From positions 161,572,001 through 161,636,000 of the forward strand of contig OZ024740.1 in assembly GCA_964016885.1 (NCBI GenBank): 64,000 bases of DNA, in the 5' to 3' direction. Of this stretch, positions 1 to 12,500 are shown in pieces. Numbering within the stretch: the first letter of the stretch is position 1; every line of letters starts with the position of its first letter. Both the position numbers and the translations under genes were made by a program. Under the pieces are notes generated by a model, which worked only from the letters and a program-made list of their open reading frames with translations, was not told where the DNA came from and did not search any database. This DNA is from Eledone cirrhosa. Lineage: Eukaryota.

Positions 1-105
1 CAAAATAATATTGTTAATTATCTAATTATATTGCCTATATCTCACTGTTTTTACAGTGCACTAAACTATACATTTCTTTCGGCAATATAAAAATTGAATT
101 GTTTA

Positions 106-181
<76 letters not shown>

Positions 182-232
182 GTGTGTGTGTGTGTGTATG
201 AGTGTGTGTTTATGCGTGTATATATATGTATG

Positions 233-265
<33 letters not shown>

Positions 266-270
266 ATATA

Positions 271-318
<48 letters not shown>

Positions 319-348
319 TATATATATATATGTATGTATATATATATG

Positions 349-383
<35 letters not shown>

Positions 384-406
384 ATATGTATGTGTGTATA
401 TATATA

Positions 407-459
<53 letters not shown>

Positions 460-482
460 ATGTGTGTGTGTGTATGTATGTA

Positions 483-548
<66 letters not shown>

Positions 549-553
549 GTATA

Positions 554-762
554 TATTAGAAAGTGAGGTTTTTTTTACAAAATGAAAAATAACCAAGGTG
601 TCCTACACGAGTGGAAGTATAAAGAAAAAGGGATGAAATCGAAAATGCAACTGAAGTCTTATTTTTTTTTTAAATATATATATTTATTTGGTTCCTTTAC
701 CGGTTTCGCAGTTCTTCTGCTTTTCAAAAGGTGAGTTGAGATGGAGGGTCTGTGGTTTTTCT
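554..762 (-). mobile_element. (TA)n-flanked short non-autonomous PLE/retrozyme-like element, family A
   Basis: Near-identical to 7228-7440 and similar to 37425-37535; (TA)n on both sides; carries an HHR motif. Confidence 0.7.
694..731 (-). ncRNA. Minimal type-I hammerhead ribozyme, U3-A8 core variant
   Basis: Minus strand reads CCTT-TTGAAAA-GCAG-aagaa-CTGC-GAAA-CCGG-TA-AAGG: helix I CCTT/AAGG, helix II GCAG/CTGC, palindromic helix III ACCGGT, GUA site. Confidence 0.75.
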
Positions 763-870
763 ATATATATATACATTGTTTTCTACGCCTACTACCCTTA
801 TCTCATGCATCTCTCTCTCTCTCTCTCTCTTCTATTTCCTCAATCATTGGGGGACACATACACACACATA

Positions 871-941
<71 letters not shown>

Positions 942-954
942 GTGTGTGTGTGTA

Positions 955-995
<41 letters not shown>

Positions 996-1219
996 GCATG
1001 TATGTATGTATACAGAGAGAGGGAGAAGGAGGTGAACTGAGCTGAGCCCATGGCATTACTGTACTGTTACTTTATTGATTGATCTTAAAAGAATGAAAGG
1101 TAAAACTGATCACTGATTTGAAATCACAGCGTAGAGAGCCGGAACGAATAGATCAATGCATTGAATCTGGCATTTCAACATTTATGCTACATACATACAT
1201 ACATACATACATACATACA

Positions 1220-1253
<34 letters not shown>

Positions 1254-1397
1254 CATACATACATACATACATACATACATACATACATACATACATACAT
1301 GCCTGCACACTTACAACACACATTAAGGGATTCATATATATATATATACACATATATACATATGTACGTCTATATATATATATATATATATACATAC

Positions 1398-1436
<39 letters not shown>

Positions 1437-1521
1437 ATATATATATATACATATATATATATGCATGTATATATATATATATACATATATATGTGTGTAT
1501 GTATGTATGCATGTGTGTGTA

Positions 1522-1559
<38 letters not shown>

Positions 1560-1566
1560 TAGATGC

Positions 1567-1607
<41 letters not shown>

Positions 1608-1628
1608 TATGTGTGTATGTATGTATGC

Positions 1629-1681
<53 letters not shown>

Positions 1682-2143
1682 TATGCATATATGCATACAC
1701 AAACACACACACACCTTTATATATCAAAGAGCTGGCGCAAAATAATGACGTTTTAAAATAAAATTTAACGTAGAGAAAAACAAAGTGACGGGAATTAACG
1801 AAATACCAATCAAATTGTTCCTTTACAGTTCATTTTATGTCAGTTGCCATCAATAAAATTATTATTATCGATATTGTTGTTGTTATTGTTGATGTCATTG
1901 TCGTCGTTGTCGTCGTCCTTGTTGTTGTTATGTCTGTTTGGCGGACCTCTTTGTTGCTGTAATCGTTCGACTCTATATATTTCCTTTAAAAATATCACTG
2001 TTTAAATTGCAGCATTAATTTGTTATTTGCTATCATTAAATACTTGATGTTATTGGCAGTTTGGCTATCTGTTATTTATGTTATTATGCTATTAAAAACT
2101 TTAGTAGGTAGCTTCACACGTTGATCTCAGCTAATAATGTACG

Positions 2144-2279
<136 letters not shown>

Positions 2280-2369
2280 TGTTTAATAAATGAAGAGAGA
2301 ACAAAAAGCAGAGAGGCAGTACAAATGATATTGTATTAGTTTCACGCTTGAGAGTGGGGGTGGGGGTGG

Positions 2370-2406
2370 GGGACGACGTTTCGGGCATAAGCCCTTCATC
2401 AGGAGA
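2370..2406 (-). ncRNA. Minimal hammerhead ribozyme motif (Penelope pLTR type)
   Basis: Minus strand CTGATGA-A-GGGC-ttat-GCCC-GAAA-CG-TC. Canonical core and helix II; helix I is weak. Confidence 0.7.
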
Positions 2407-2715
2407 ACTGTGGGTAGGAAGAGAGTTCCGAGGGTGTGTGGGGGAGTGGGGGAAAGACATTTTTAAAAAAGGGGGAGTCCGTGTGGAGTCCGGAGGCTGA
2501 GTGTGTGTATGTGGGGATACGCACGTGTGTGTTTGTGTTTATATGTGGTGTCGATGTAGGTGACGTGGTTCGAAAATAATGTAAGTGTTTGTTCGTGTGT
2601 ATGTTACTAAGGTATTTCCATGGAGTGTAAGACAAGATGTTGGAGATTTCACGTGTCGTAGAATGAACAGCTGGAACGATGACTGGTGGTGTGAAATATA
2701 TATATATATATATTA

Positions 2716-2772
<57 letters not shown>

Positions 2773-2809
2773 ATGAAATATAAGAATCAAAGAACTGTTC
2801 AAAACATTG

Positions 2810-2856
2810 TGCTTACAGCTGTTTCCTCCAAACCGAGGTTTGGATTCTTCGGAGCA
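2810..2856 (-). ncRNA. Hammerhead motif, C4 variant (mirror copy)
   Basis: Exact reverse complement of 3113-3159. Confidence 0.65.
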
Positions 2857-3112
2857 ATTTATTAATGAATGGACAGTTATATGACCTCCTTTTCAGCCAA
2901 GAGACATACCGATACATATGCAAATATTGTGGGTCAACATTCATTACAGAATTTAGAGTGGCAGTACACACTTCGAGATTATGAATGTAATCTCGAAGTG
3001 TGTACTGCCACTCTAAATTCTGTAATGAATGTTGACCCACAATATTTGCATATGTATCGGTATGTCTCTTGGCTGAAAAGGAGGTCATATAACTGTCCAT
3101 TCATTAATAAAT

Positions 3113-3159
3113 TGCTCCGAAGAATCCAAACCTCGGTTTGGAGGAAACAGCTGTAAGCA
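3113..3159 (+). ncRNA. Hammerhead motif, C4 variant (family B)
   Basis: TGCT-CCGAAGA-A-TCCAAAC-ctcg-GTTTGGA-G-GAAA-CAGCTG-TA-AGCA: helix I TGCT/AGCA, 7-bp helix II, palindromic helix III. Confidence 0.65.
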
Positions 3160-3371
3160 CAATAATGTTTTGAACAGTTCTTTGATTCTTATATTTCATA
3201 TAACTGCTCTGTAAATTATCTGATGTTTTTACATCGAGCTACTTAACTTACTGGTAATAAGGTAGTAATACATTACTGCCTACCACTATTTAGGGTTTGT
3301 ATAAAAAATACATATAACTGCATAAGGTTTCTGTATTTACATAACCATAAATAGTATAATTAATTAATTAA

Positions 3372-3445
<74 letters not shown>

Positions 3446-3550
3446 TTGCATATGGCAGTGAGTCGTTACAACAATGGTTAGACTTCTTAGCAGTATTCGT
3501 TTCATCACTCTTAGCACTGAGTGTTCAAATCTGCTGTATTTACCATTGTT

Positions 3551-3627
<77 letters not shown>

Positions 3628-6600
3628 TCTCTCTCTCTCTTTCTCGGACACACATATACACACATATAGGTTGTGTCCAGACACGGGGGAAGTTGGATTC
3701 TATCTGTCTTTTAAAATGCTCAAAGCATGTCCTGCGTTATGACTGCGCCCTTGTAATTCAATATGAACGCGTACGTACATGAATATATATATTATTGGAA
3801 CAGTAATGAACTGCTCAATTCTAAATAATAGTCAACTGGATGCACGTATCTAATCTGATTCGTACCTATTTTTTTTAATGATAATTATACTCACCCAAAT
3901 ATTACTGGTATCTCTTTTTCTATATGTAAAACATAGGCTTAATATGCTACTGAGGTCCAGTAATGCTCAAACAATTCCATAGCTGTCCCTTGTCGGAATA
4001 ACAGATCAGGTTTCACTTTAAGCAGATTTGAGAGATTAATTTTTAGTTTCTTGACATTATCTTTCCGCTTTTTCTTTAGAGTTAATAACAATTGCCGTTA
4101 GGCTTTTGTTCATAATTCTCGAACTAAGAGGAAACGTTCAATTAACTGAGGATCATTTGCGTACATCATGTTTTAACTTATTATGAAACGGGAGGTCAGA
4201 TTATTTCAGTTATAGTATAGGTAGACTGTTAGACTCATTCTCTTTTATATACACATATATACACCAGGTCCGAACACAAAATAACCAAACTCCCACTGTT
4301 ACTACCTCTGTCTCCCGCCCTCCCATCTCTCACTATTGCGAGCAACGGGGGCCCCGCGACCTGAGCGGACAGAATAGTGAAGGCGTCTTCCCAAAGGATG
4401 GTGAGGGTGACGTGCTGGAAGAGCCATTCCAGCTCGTAAATAACTGTTTCTCGAAAAAATAACTTCGCCCCACCATGATCGGATAAAATTTGGTATATAG
4501 CATAGATTTTACACCCTATTATGAAGCCCACAGTCTCCCAAATTATAATTACGCCTTAACTTGAGAAACACTGTTCCACTGTAGTTATTTGCTTTAGTTC
4601 ATTTTATTTGTCTGTTTCTTAAAGTAGTTTCTTTATTTATATATTTATATTTCAGGCTAGAACTATTGAATGATTTCCATTTACTCACGACTACTGTATC
4701 TGTATTTTTATCATTATGGTCATGTAAATCCTGATGGATAATAAACAAATAGATTCGGGTTTCTTTTCTGAGAAGAATCCTCTTAGGTATTAAATCATTC
4801 CGTTTTCCAATTTTATATATATTTCATAAGAATTTATTGACCAAAGAATACAATAAGATTTGAAACAATCATTCCCAGTATTGGAAATGTTAGACTCAAA
4901 TAGTTAAGCCAGGTTAGCGACCCTTTATAGAAATAGAGTTACAGAGGGAGAGAGATAGAGACAGACAAAGTGGGGGAGAAGAAGAAATGGGAGAGAATTG
5001 ATTATGCATATTTCTGAGGAATTATTCCTTCTTTAAACACCATTCGTGTTGAGACTAAATACAGAAAGTTCCAATTATTCATTATTTCCCTCTGCTTCCA
5101 AATTGTCCATCTTTAGTAGAATTTATCGCAAATCTTTATTCATTTTCCCTGTTGAGGCCGTTTGTTTTGTTAAGTTATTTTCTACTTATTTCTTTTCCTT
5201 TTTCCATTTTATTTTCCTGCTACCAGGAGGAATAAATAACAAGGAGACATTCTTCCACTCGTTAACGTAGAATAAGAAAGCAGCTGTTATTACGGCCAAA
5301 AAATGTCCTTGATGTCTAATAGCGAAAACTATTCTATATTATTTTTGTATTCACGAAAAATTTCTTTGAAAATGTCCAATTCGCGAGACTAAGCTTGTCT
5401 CTGTCCACATTTAAACGATGAGATTTTATCGAGTTTATAGAATTTCAGTCTAGCACACACAAAAATAAACAAGGGTTATTGATAAATAAAAAACAAAATA
5501 AAAAATATTATTTTTGCTAATGCTCAGCTTGGTCTCTAGTGGGTAACATTCAAAGAGCTGGAATTGCACACATATTATCGACTGCAGTGAGTTTGAATGC
5601 ATTATATATTATCTGGTTAAACTATTTCGTTTAATAACCAGAACAGCAAAGATAAATCTAATCACAATTTTATGTTGTTATATATATATGTGTGTGTGTG
5701 GGTGGGGGGGGGGGGGGGTTGTGTGTGAGTATTATAGTGGTGGTATCTTGTAATAAGGTATTAACTAATCAATGTGGTAAAGTCCTGACCTACAAGTCAA
5801 AAGGTCTTCAGTTTCTGTCTTGTAACTGGCGCTAGTTTCGTAACCAAAATCATTATATTTTCATCGTAGAATTCAGTTCAAATCCCGTCGGGAGCAAATT
5901 TGTCTTCCATCTTTTCGTATTCGATAAAACAAACAGCGCAAGGTAGTGGATTGACGACGGAATTGTTAGACCTTCAAACGTTATGCCTTATAGATTTTGT
6001 ACCTGCTCGCTCTTTACGTTCTGATTTCAAATCCCGCTGTAGCCTACTTGAGTGGTAGACTTAATGCGTTCTTCGGTTTAATACCATCACCTGGCCTTTG
6101 GGGGCATTAACAGATTGGGAAGCTCTAGAAATAGCGGCGGACATTGATATTCCCGATCTCATTATCAGTAAAAAAATGGGGCTTGTTCACATAGATGTGG
6201 CAAAGAGGGGCTGGCCGAGTGTATATAATACTGAAATCCCTCCTCAAAAAACCATGAGTTCAAATCCATCGGGGTTTCTGGTCAGAAACATTTTTCTACA
6301 TTTCCTAAATCACCAAGCTGTTTAAAATTGATACAAAATAAAATAATCAAATGTCATTTCCTATAATGAACCAACGTCCGGCCAGGAAATAATTTATTGA
6401 CTGTATAAGGCCATGAAAGCAGAGCTAAGTCCATCACTAACATCTACATCTATTTAATTACACACACACAAACACTCACACATAAATATATATATATAAT
6501 ACTAAAACTCTGTGATTGTTTGCTTGTCTCTAATGCAATACAGCCAAAATAATAGGAAAATACTTTGAAAGAAAGTTGCCCCTGAAATGGGAGTACAAAT

Positions 6601-6778
6601 GAAATAAAACAAGTTTCGCGTAAATCGGCCCACGATTTCCCGAGATATGGGGTTTTGGGGGGCACCTTCATAAACAAAGAGAGAGAAAGATAGAGAGGAA
6701 GAGATAGTGGTTGAAAGAGAGATATAAAGAGAGGGAGAGGAGACAGAGAAGGAAAATGAAAGAGAGCTGCTGATGGTG

Positions 6779-6853
<75 letters not shown>

Positions 6854-6917
6854 AGTGTGTATGTATATATATGTGTGTGTATGTCTATCACGAGTGTATA
6901 TAGATCACAGACACCCA

Positions 6918-7015
<98 letters not shown>

Positions 7016-7085
7016 CAAGGTCTAGCAAATAGAGAAAAAGTTTTTAAATAAATTTTAGAAAATGCGCTGTACTTACTATATGTGC

Positions 7086-7161
7086 CTTTACCGCGGTTTC
7101 AAGTTCCAGAATAAACGGATAATCCAAGCGGACTTCCATTGAGAAGGGAACCATCTTCAAA

Positions 7162-7163
<2 letters not shown>
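7086..7163 (-). ncRNA. Hammerhead motif with long helix II insertion (family C)
   Basis: Minus strand CTT-TTGAAGA-tg-GTTCC...GGAAC-tt-GAAA-CCGCGG-TA-AAG, inside a (TA)n-flanked island 7012-7165; homologous to 31548-31700. Confidence 0.6.
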
Positions 7164-7235
<72 letters not shown>

Positions 7236-7371
7236 GTGAGGGTCTTTTTACAAATTGAAAAATAACCGAGGTGTCCTACACGAGTGAAAGTATAAAGAAA
7301 AAGAGATGAAATCGAAAATGCAACTGGAGTCTTATTTTTTTTTTTTTTTTAAATATATATTTATTTGGTTC

Positions 7372-7407
7372 CTTTACCGGTTTCGCAGTTCTTCTGCTTT
7401 TCAAAAG
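7372..7407 (-). ncRNA. Minimal hammerhead, U3-A8 variant
   Basis: Reverse complement of 7482-7517. Confidence 0.75.
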
Positions 7408-7481
7408 TAGAGTTGAGATGAAGGGTCTGTGGTTTTTCTCACAGATGTGAGAAAAACCACAGACCCTCCATCTCAACTCTA

Positions 7482-7517
7482 CTTTTGAAAAGCAGAAGAA
7501 CTGCGAAACCGGTAAAG
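7482..7517 (+). ncRNA. Minimal hammerhead, U3-A8 variant
   Basis: CTT-TTGAAAA(7485-7491)-GCAG-aagaa-CTGC-GAAA(7505-7508)-CCGG-TA-AAG. Confidence 0.75.
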
Positions 7518-7745
7518 GAACCAAATAAATATATATTTAAAAAAAAAAAAAAAATAAGACTCCAGTTGCATTTTCGATTTCATCTCTTTTTCTTTATATA
7601 TATATATATATATTTGTGTATAGTGGTCACTATGGTGCTTCCGTAGGCGGTATGCTAAAATTAGCACTCGATATTCATCAGAGTGTATATATTATAAAGA
7701 AAACGAAAAATCATAAGGGATAAAATTTGCTCCGGACATAACACC

Positions 7746-7836
7746 CGTGTCTGAAAGAACCCGCAGAAGTAGAATCAGCCAGATCCATACAAGGACCATG
7801 ACTCGAGCTACATGCCGGCGAAACATTTGTAACACG
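7746..7836 (+). ncRNA. Hammerhead-like motif with extended helix II, in the loop of a 27-bp inverted repeat (7687-7890)
   Basis: CGTGT-CTGAAAGA-...GCA..GTAG...CTAC.TGC...-GAAA-CATTTG-TA-ACACG. Perfect 5-bp helix I; one extra A in the core. Confidence 0.55.
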
Positions 7837-8059
7837 AAATAAACTAAGTCCAGATGCATCACTGATTTTTCGTTTTCTTTATAATATATATATATATATG
7901 TATGTATGTATATATACACGCACACATATGTACATACACACACGTATATATATGGCCCTTCCAGTTTCATTTCACATTATATTCATATCTGCGTGTATTT
8001 TAATTATTTAAAAATTATTTTGAAGTGAACATGATTTTTAACAAATATTTTGAAGTGAA

Positions 8060-8088
8060 CGTGACCCAATGGGTCACGGGTAACCTAG
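8060..8088 (+). mobile_element. Putative Helitron 3' terminus
   Basis: Hairpin CGTGACCC-aat-GGGTCACG followed 6 nt later by CTAG. Confidence 0.5.
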
Positions 8089-8526
8089 CATATATATATA
8101 TATATATATATTATGAAGAGAGAAGAAACATTTAGATATAATTAGTAATAAAATGCTCCTAGATTCCTCGACTACGTAGTTTCGTGGCATAAACAAAAAC
8201 AATACATCATAAAGATATAGAGTCCTTGCGAGGTCTGCCGACTTATCAAGAGGATACCTCATTTTACTAGCTTCAAGAACGCGTCTACACGACGTGAGAA
8301 AGAATCCCAAAAGGCGGAGGGGGAGATAGTCACGCGATATAACGGTCGAGAAACAGAGCTAAGCCTCTTATAACCCCGAAGAAAATACCACGGAGGCGGA
8401 GGGGGTATTTATATCGAAGCCGTAGAAGAGGTGGTGAAGGAGGCGAGAAGTATGAGTAATGGCAGCTTTCCAGCAGTCACCACACTTGAAAGATTACTCG
8501 ACCAGAGTGAGTTATGAACAATATAT

Positions 8527-8571
<45 letters not shown>

Positions 8572-9204
8572 TAGGCACGACCAGAAACTTCCTTGGCTGC
8601 AGTGGAAGGCCACGACGTCTGTAGGGCCTTGCCGTGCCCTAGCGCTCCACACCGCTTGCTGTCGCCGCCTTCGTGACCGTTGGGACGATGTTGTCCTCTT
8701 CCACTCACTCCGCCGGGTCCAGGTTTCGCATGCAGGGACAGGCATCGCCTATCTAACACACCGCGGGGTTTCACACTCGTCCGGCTACCCTCAACCTGGT
8801 TCGGCCCGCCAGCGAAGGCGGTTTGCCAGGGTGTGGCCAGTGTCGCATGCTACAGCTTCTTGGGGCCACTGGTGAGAGCTGAGTGTCAGGTGGCACCCAA
8901 TGTAGGACGAGCTGTCCTTACAGAGGTACATGCCCCTCCCTGACACCCCAGTCATATACACACGTATATACATACACATACATATGTACATGTGTATATA
9001 CATATTTACACATTTTTGGATGGCCGTTGTCTCTTATCAGTTCTTCCGCCCTTAGTCAGGTTTTGTTTTTTGTCCTGCAGGGTTTCCAAAATCACCCTCC
9101 TCACCAAGTAAACTTGGTGAGGCTGCCAGTTTAGACGCCGACGACCCGACCATGCGACGGGTTGTACTGGTTTACATGTTACCAGTAGCACTCAAGCGTG
9201 ACCT

Positions 9205-9260
<56 letters not shown>

Positions 9261-9456
9261 TTAGTTAAGCAAAACAAGGCCACAAATTTCATAAGGAAGA
9301 CATTATTAAAACTAATAAATATTTCCAGCTCTGCGCGCCTAACTTCTACATGAACCCAGCCACCTAGCTGGTTTCTACTGCATATTGCACTCTTTAAGAT
9401 TGGTTACTCTTGAACTGTGTACATATATATATATATATATATATAATTCCTTTTAC

Positions 9457-9590
<134 letters not shown>

Positions 9591-9600
9591 ATATATATAT

Positions 9601-10513
9601 ATAAATACATTATCGGAGAAAGCTAATAGCGATACTCCGACCAAATCCCAACTCACTCAACAAACATTAAGAAATAAGTGAGTATATTCCTAATTAAACG
9701 TCGTCGGGGTGCTAACTAATTGTATTGTGTGGAACATTGGCTGTATTATTTCATATGAGATATATCAAATATATCTCTTCCCAGACGGACGTCTCGTTTC
9801 ATTATAAGATTCCTACAAGTTAGGTGAAATTATACCAATTTATGTAGACGCTTGTATAAGATCAACAGATACTTATTCAAGTGGGCTCTTATAATTCTTC
9901 AGTGGGTGCCCAATAACATTAATATTGATTGTCAAATCAACATCAATATTTAGCGATAATCACCATCAGTACTTGGGGTAGCTGTTAGGTTGCTAGCCCA
10001 GCAGTTCTAAAGAAATTCTCATACTGTCTCAAAAAATGAGAAAGGAGAATTATCGCCAAAAAACAATACATGCGCAGGACAACGAATTCTAAAAGGAATT
10101 CAAGCCACGTGCTAGAACTCAATTGGAAATTGAAAAAATAACCATATGTATACATGATTTGATGACACACATATATATTTTCTCGGACAAAATAACAGAA
10201 TGAGATACAAGAAACAATCAATATTCATATATAAAAATAACAAAGAGAGTCAAACCTTATATCCGGAAGTTCATATCCGTTGCTCCAAGAGTAAATAAAT
10301 AAATACATTATCGGAGAAAGCTAATAGCGATACTCCGGCCAAATCCCAACTCACTCAACAAACATTAGGAAATAAATGAGTATATTCCTAATTAAACGTT
10401 CGAGGTGCTAACTAATTGTATTGTGTGGAAAATTGGTTGTATTATTTCATATGACATATCGAATATATCTCTTCCCAGACGGACGTCTCGTTTCATTATA
10501 AGATTCCTACAAG

Positions 10514-10515
<2 letters not shown>
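9601..10515. repeat. (TA)n-flanked element with about 215-bp terminal direct repeats (9601-9822 / 10299-10515)
   Basis: Both copies start ataaatacattatcggagaaagctaatagcgatactcc and end attataagattcctacaagtta; pLTR-like layout. Confidence 0.85.
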
Positions 10516-10566
<51 letters not shown>

Positions 10567-10589
10567 TATATATATATATATATATTTTT

Positions 10590-11200
10590 ATATATATACA
10601 CCCAAACAAACAACACTGATCTAAGAGAAGTATAAATAAATAAATAAATAAATAGATAAATAAATAAATAAATACATACACAAGCACAATAACAACAAAC
10701 ACATATAAACACACACTAGTAAAGATAGAATACATTAACCAATACACCGCCACCCAATCACGAACACACATCAAACAAAACACTATACACACACGCAAAC
10801 GCATGGGCAAAGAAGACAAAATAAAATAAACAAATAAATAAATATATAAACAGACTAAATAAAGATGGCGTAGAAAATACAATGCAACGGGAGGAAACAA
10901 TAGCACCACTGACGATGTTGCAGATGTGCAATGAAAGAACTTTGATAAACTATATATATATGTGTTTGTGTCTATATTGTATCTGTATTTTTGACCGTTG
11001 GTCAGTCAATGGCAACATTGAGGACCGAATAAATTAGATTACCGATATAAAAGACACAGAAGCGAAAAGCGAAAATCAACCAAACAGTGAGTGTGTTCTG
11101 TTATTAATTCTGGCAATATTACACAAATATGACCCTCCCCAAGTATAACAATATTTGTTTCGACACACGATTTCATATCAAAAACCTCGCAAAACTATAT
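10590..11200 (+). mobile_element. Solo Penelope-like pseudo-LTR related to 28170-28610
   Basis: Shares aagatggcgta, the HHR and atgaccctccccaagtataacaatat (ORF start MTLPKYNNI) with the PLE terminus at 28.2-28.6 kb. Confidence 0.7.
10905..10946 (+). ncRNA. Minimal hammerhead in pLTR
   Basis: ACCA-CTGACGA-T-GTTGCA-gatg-TGCAAT-GAAA-GAAC-TT-TGAT; homologous to 26142-26184. Confidence 0.65.
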
Positions 11201-11204
11201 ATAT

Positions 11205-12465
11205 ATTCTCGATTATTTATTTGTATTTATCTCCAGTCTTTAGCTATTGACCAGTTAATTTTATTGATTTTTTAGTTGATCTTATTGACTGATGAATAGC
11301 TCTTGTTAATTTTAACACGTCTGTTGAGAACTCTAATTCGATATGTGATATTTTGTATTTTTACAAAAATATACACATTACTGAATTCATTCGCCTAATA
11401 TAGGGGTTCCCTCCCTTGCTGGACTCCACGTGCGTTTAGTAACGAGTGCCTCTGTATTTTTGAACGAAATGCCTGCTGAGAAAGCAGTTTCCTCGTTCGT
11501 CTCTTTACCAGAAGTCAGATATATTTTTTATGTGGGCTGACGGTAATTGATTAAGGAACTGCAGAAACCCAAAAAGCTAGAATTTAACATCCTTCTAGCG
11601 GGTCCGGGTAAGATTTTACATTCATTTAATTTATTGATTTATTAATTTATTATTTGTATGACCCGAATTTTCCTGGTCGTTTTTTCGGCTGTGCGAATGA
11701 TTTTAAGCATTGTCTCTATGTGTTGGTATTTAAACGATAGTTATAGTTCTGGTTTATCCAAGCTATTGAGCCCTTTGCCATGCATTTCGAAGATTGTGTT
11801 TCGTTATTTCGTGGGCCGAGATTCCGATTCTCGATTATTTATTTGTATTTATCTCCAGTCTTTAGCTATTGACCAGTTAATTTTATTGATTTTTTAGTTG
11901 ATCTTATTGACTGATGAATAGCTCTTGTTAATTTTAACACGTCTGTAGAGAACTCTAATTCGATATGTGATATTTTGTATTTTTACAAAAATATACACAT
12001 TACTGAATTCATTCGCCTAATATAGGGTTTCCCTCCCTTGCTGGACTCCACGTGCGTTTAGTAACGGGTGCCTCTGTATTTTTGAACGAAATGCCTGCTG
12101 AGAAAGCAGTTTCCTCGTTCGTCTCATTACCAAAAGTCAGATATATTTTTTATGTGGGCTGACGGTAATTGATTAAGGAACTGCAGAAACCCAAAAAGCT
12201 AGAATTTAACATCCTTCTAGCGGGTCCGGGTAAGATTTTACATTCATTTAATTTATTGATTTATTAATTTATTAGTTGTGTGACCCGAATTTTCCTGGTC
12301 GTTTTTTCGGCTGTGCGAATGATTTTAAGCATTGTCTCTATGTGTTGGTATTTAAATGATAGTTATAGCTCTGGTTTATCCAAACTATTGAGCCCTTTGC
12401 CATGCATTTCGAAGATTGTGTTTCGTTATTTCGTGGGCCGAGATTCCGATTCTCGATTATTTATT

Positions 12466-12470
<5 letters not shown>
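11205..12470. repeat. Tandem duplication of a 622-bp unit (2 copies plus 22 bp) between (TA)n tracts
   Basis: Units start at 11205, 11827 and 12449 (attctcgattatttatttgtat); near-identical ORF translations offset by 622. Confidence 0.95.

Positions 12471-12500
<30 letters not shown>

Larger units (their letters stand above)
2770..3202. repeat. Near-perfect palindrome, about 212-bp arms, 6-nt loop (2982-2987)
   Basis: Arms are reverse complements (e.g. 2810 pairs with 3159) apart from a 3-nt indel near the outer end; follows a (TA)n tract. Confidence 0.97.
7291..7598. repeat. Foldback palindrome of family A element, about 152-bp arms, 4-nt loop
   Basis: 7291-7442 is the near-exact reverse complement of 7447-7598; (TA)n tracts lie on both sides of the element. 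Confidence 0.97.

Noticed and set aside
2813-3156. Two near-identical 95-aa ORFs on opposite strands
   Set aside because: A consequence of the palindrome; no recognisable domain.
8372-8430. CCGAAGA-AAATACC...GGTATTT...GAAG-CCG-TA
   Set aside because: Too many core deviations to call an HHR.
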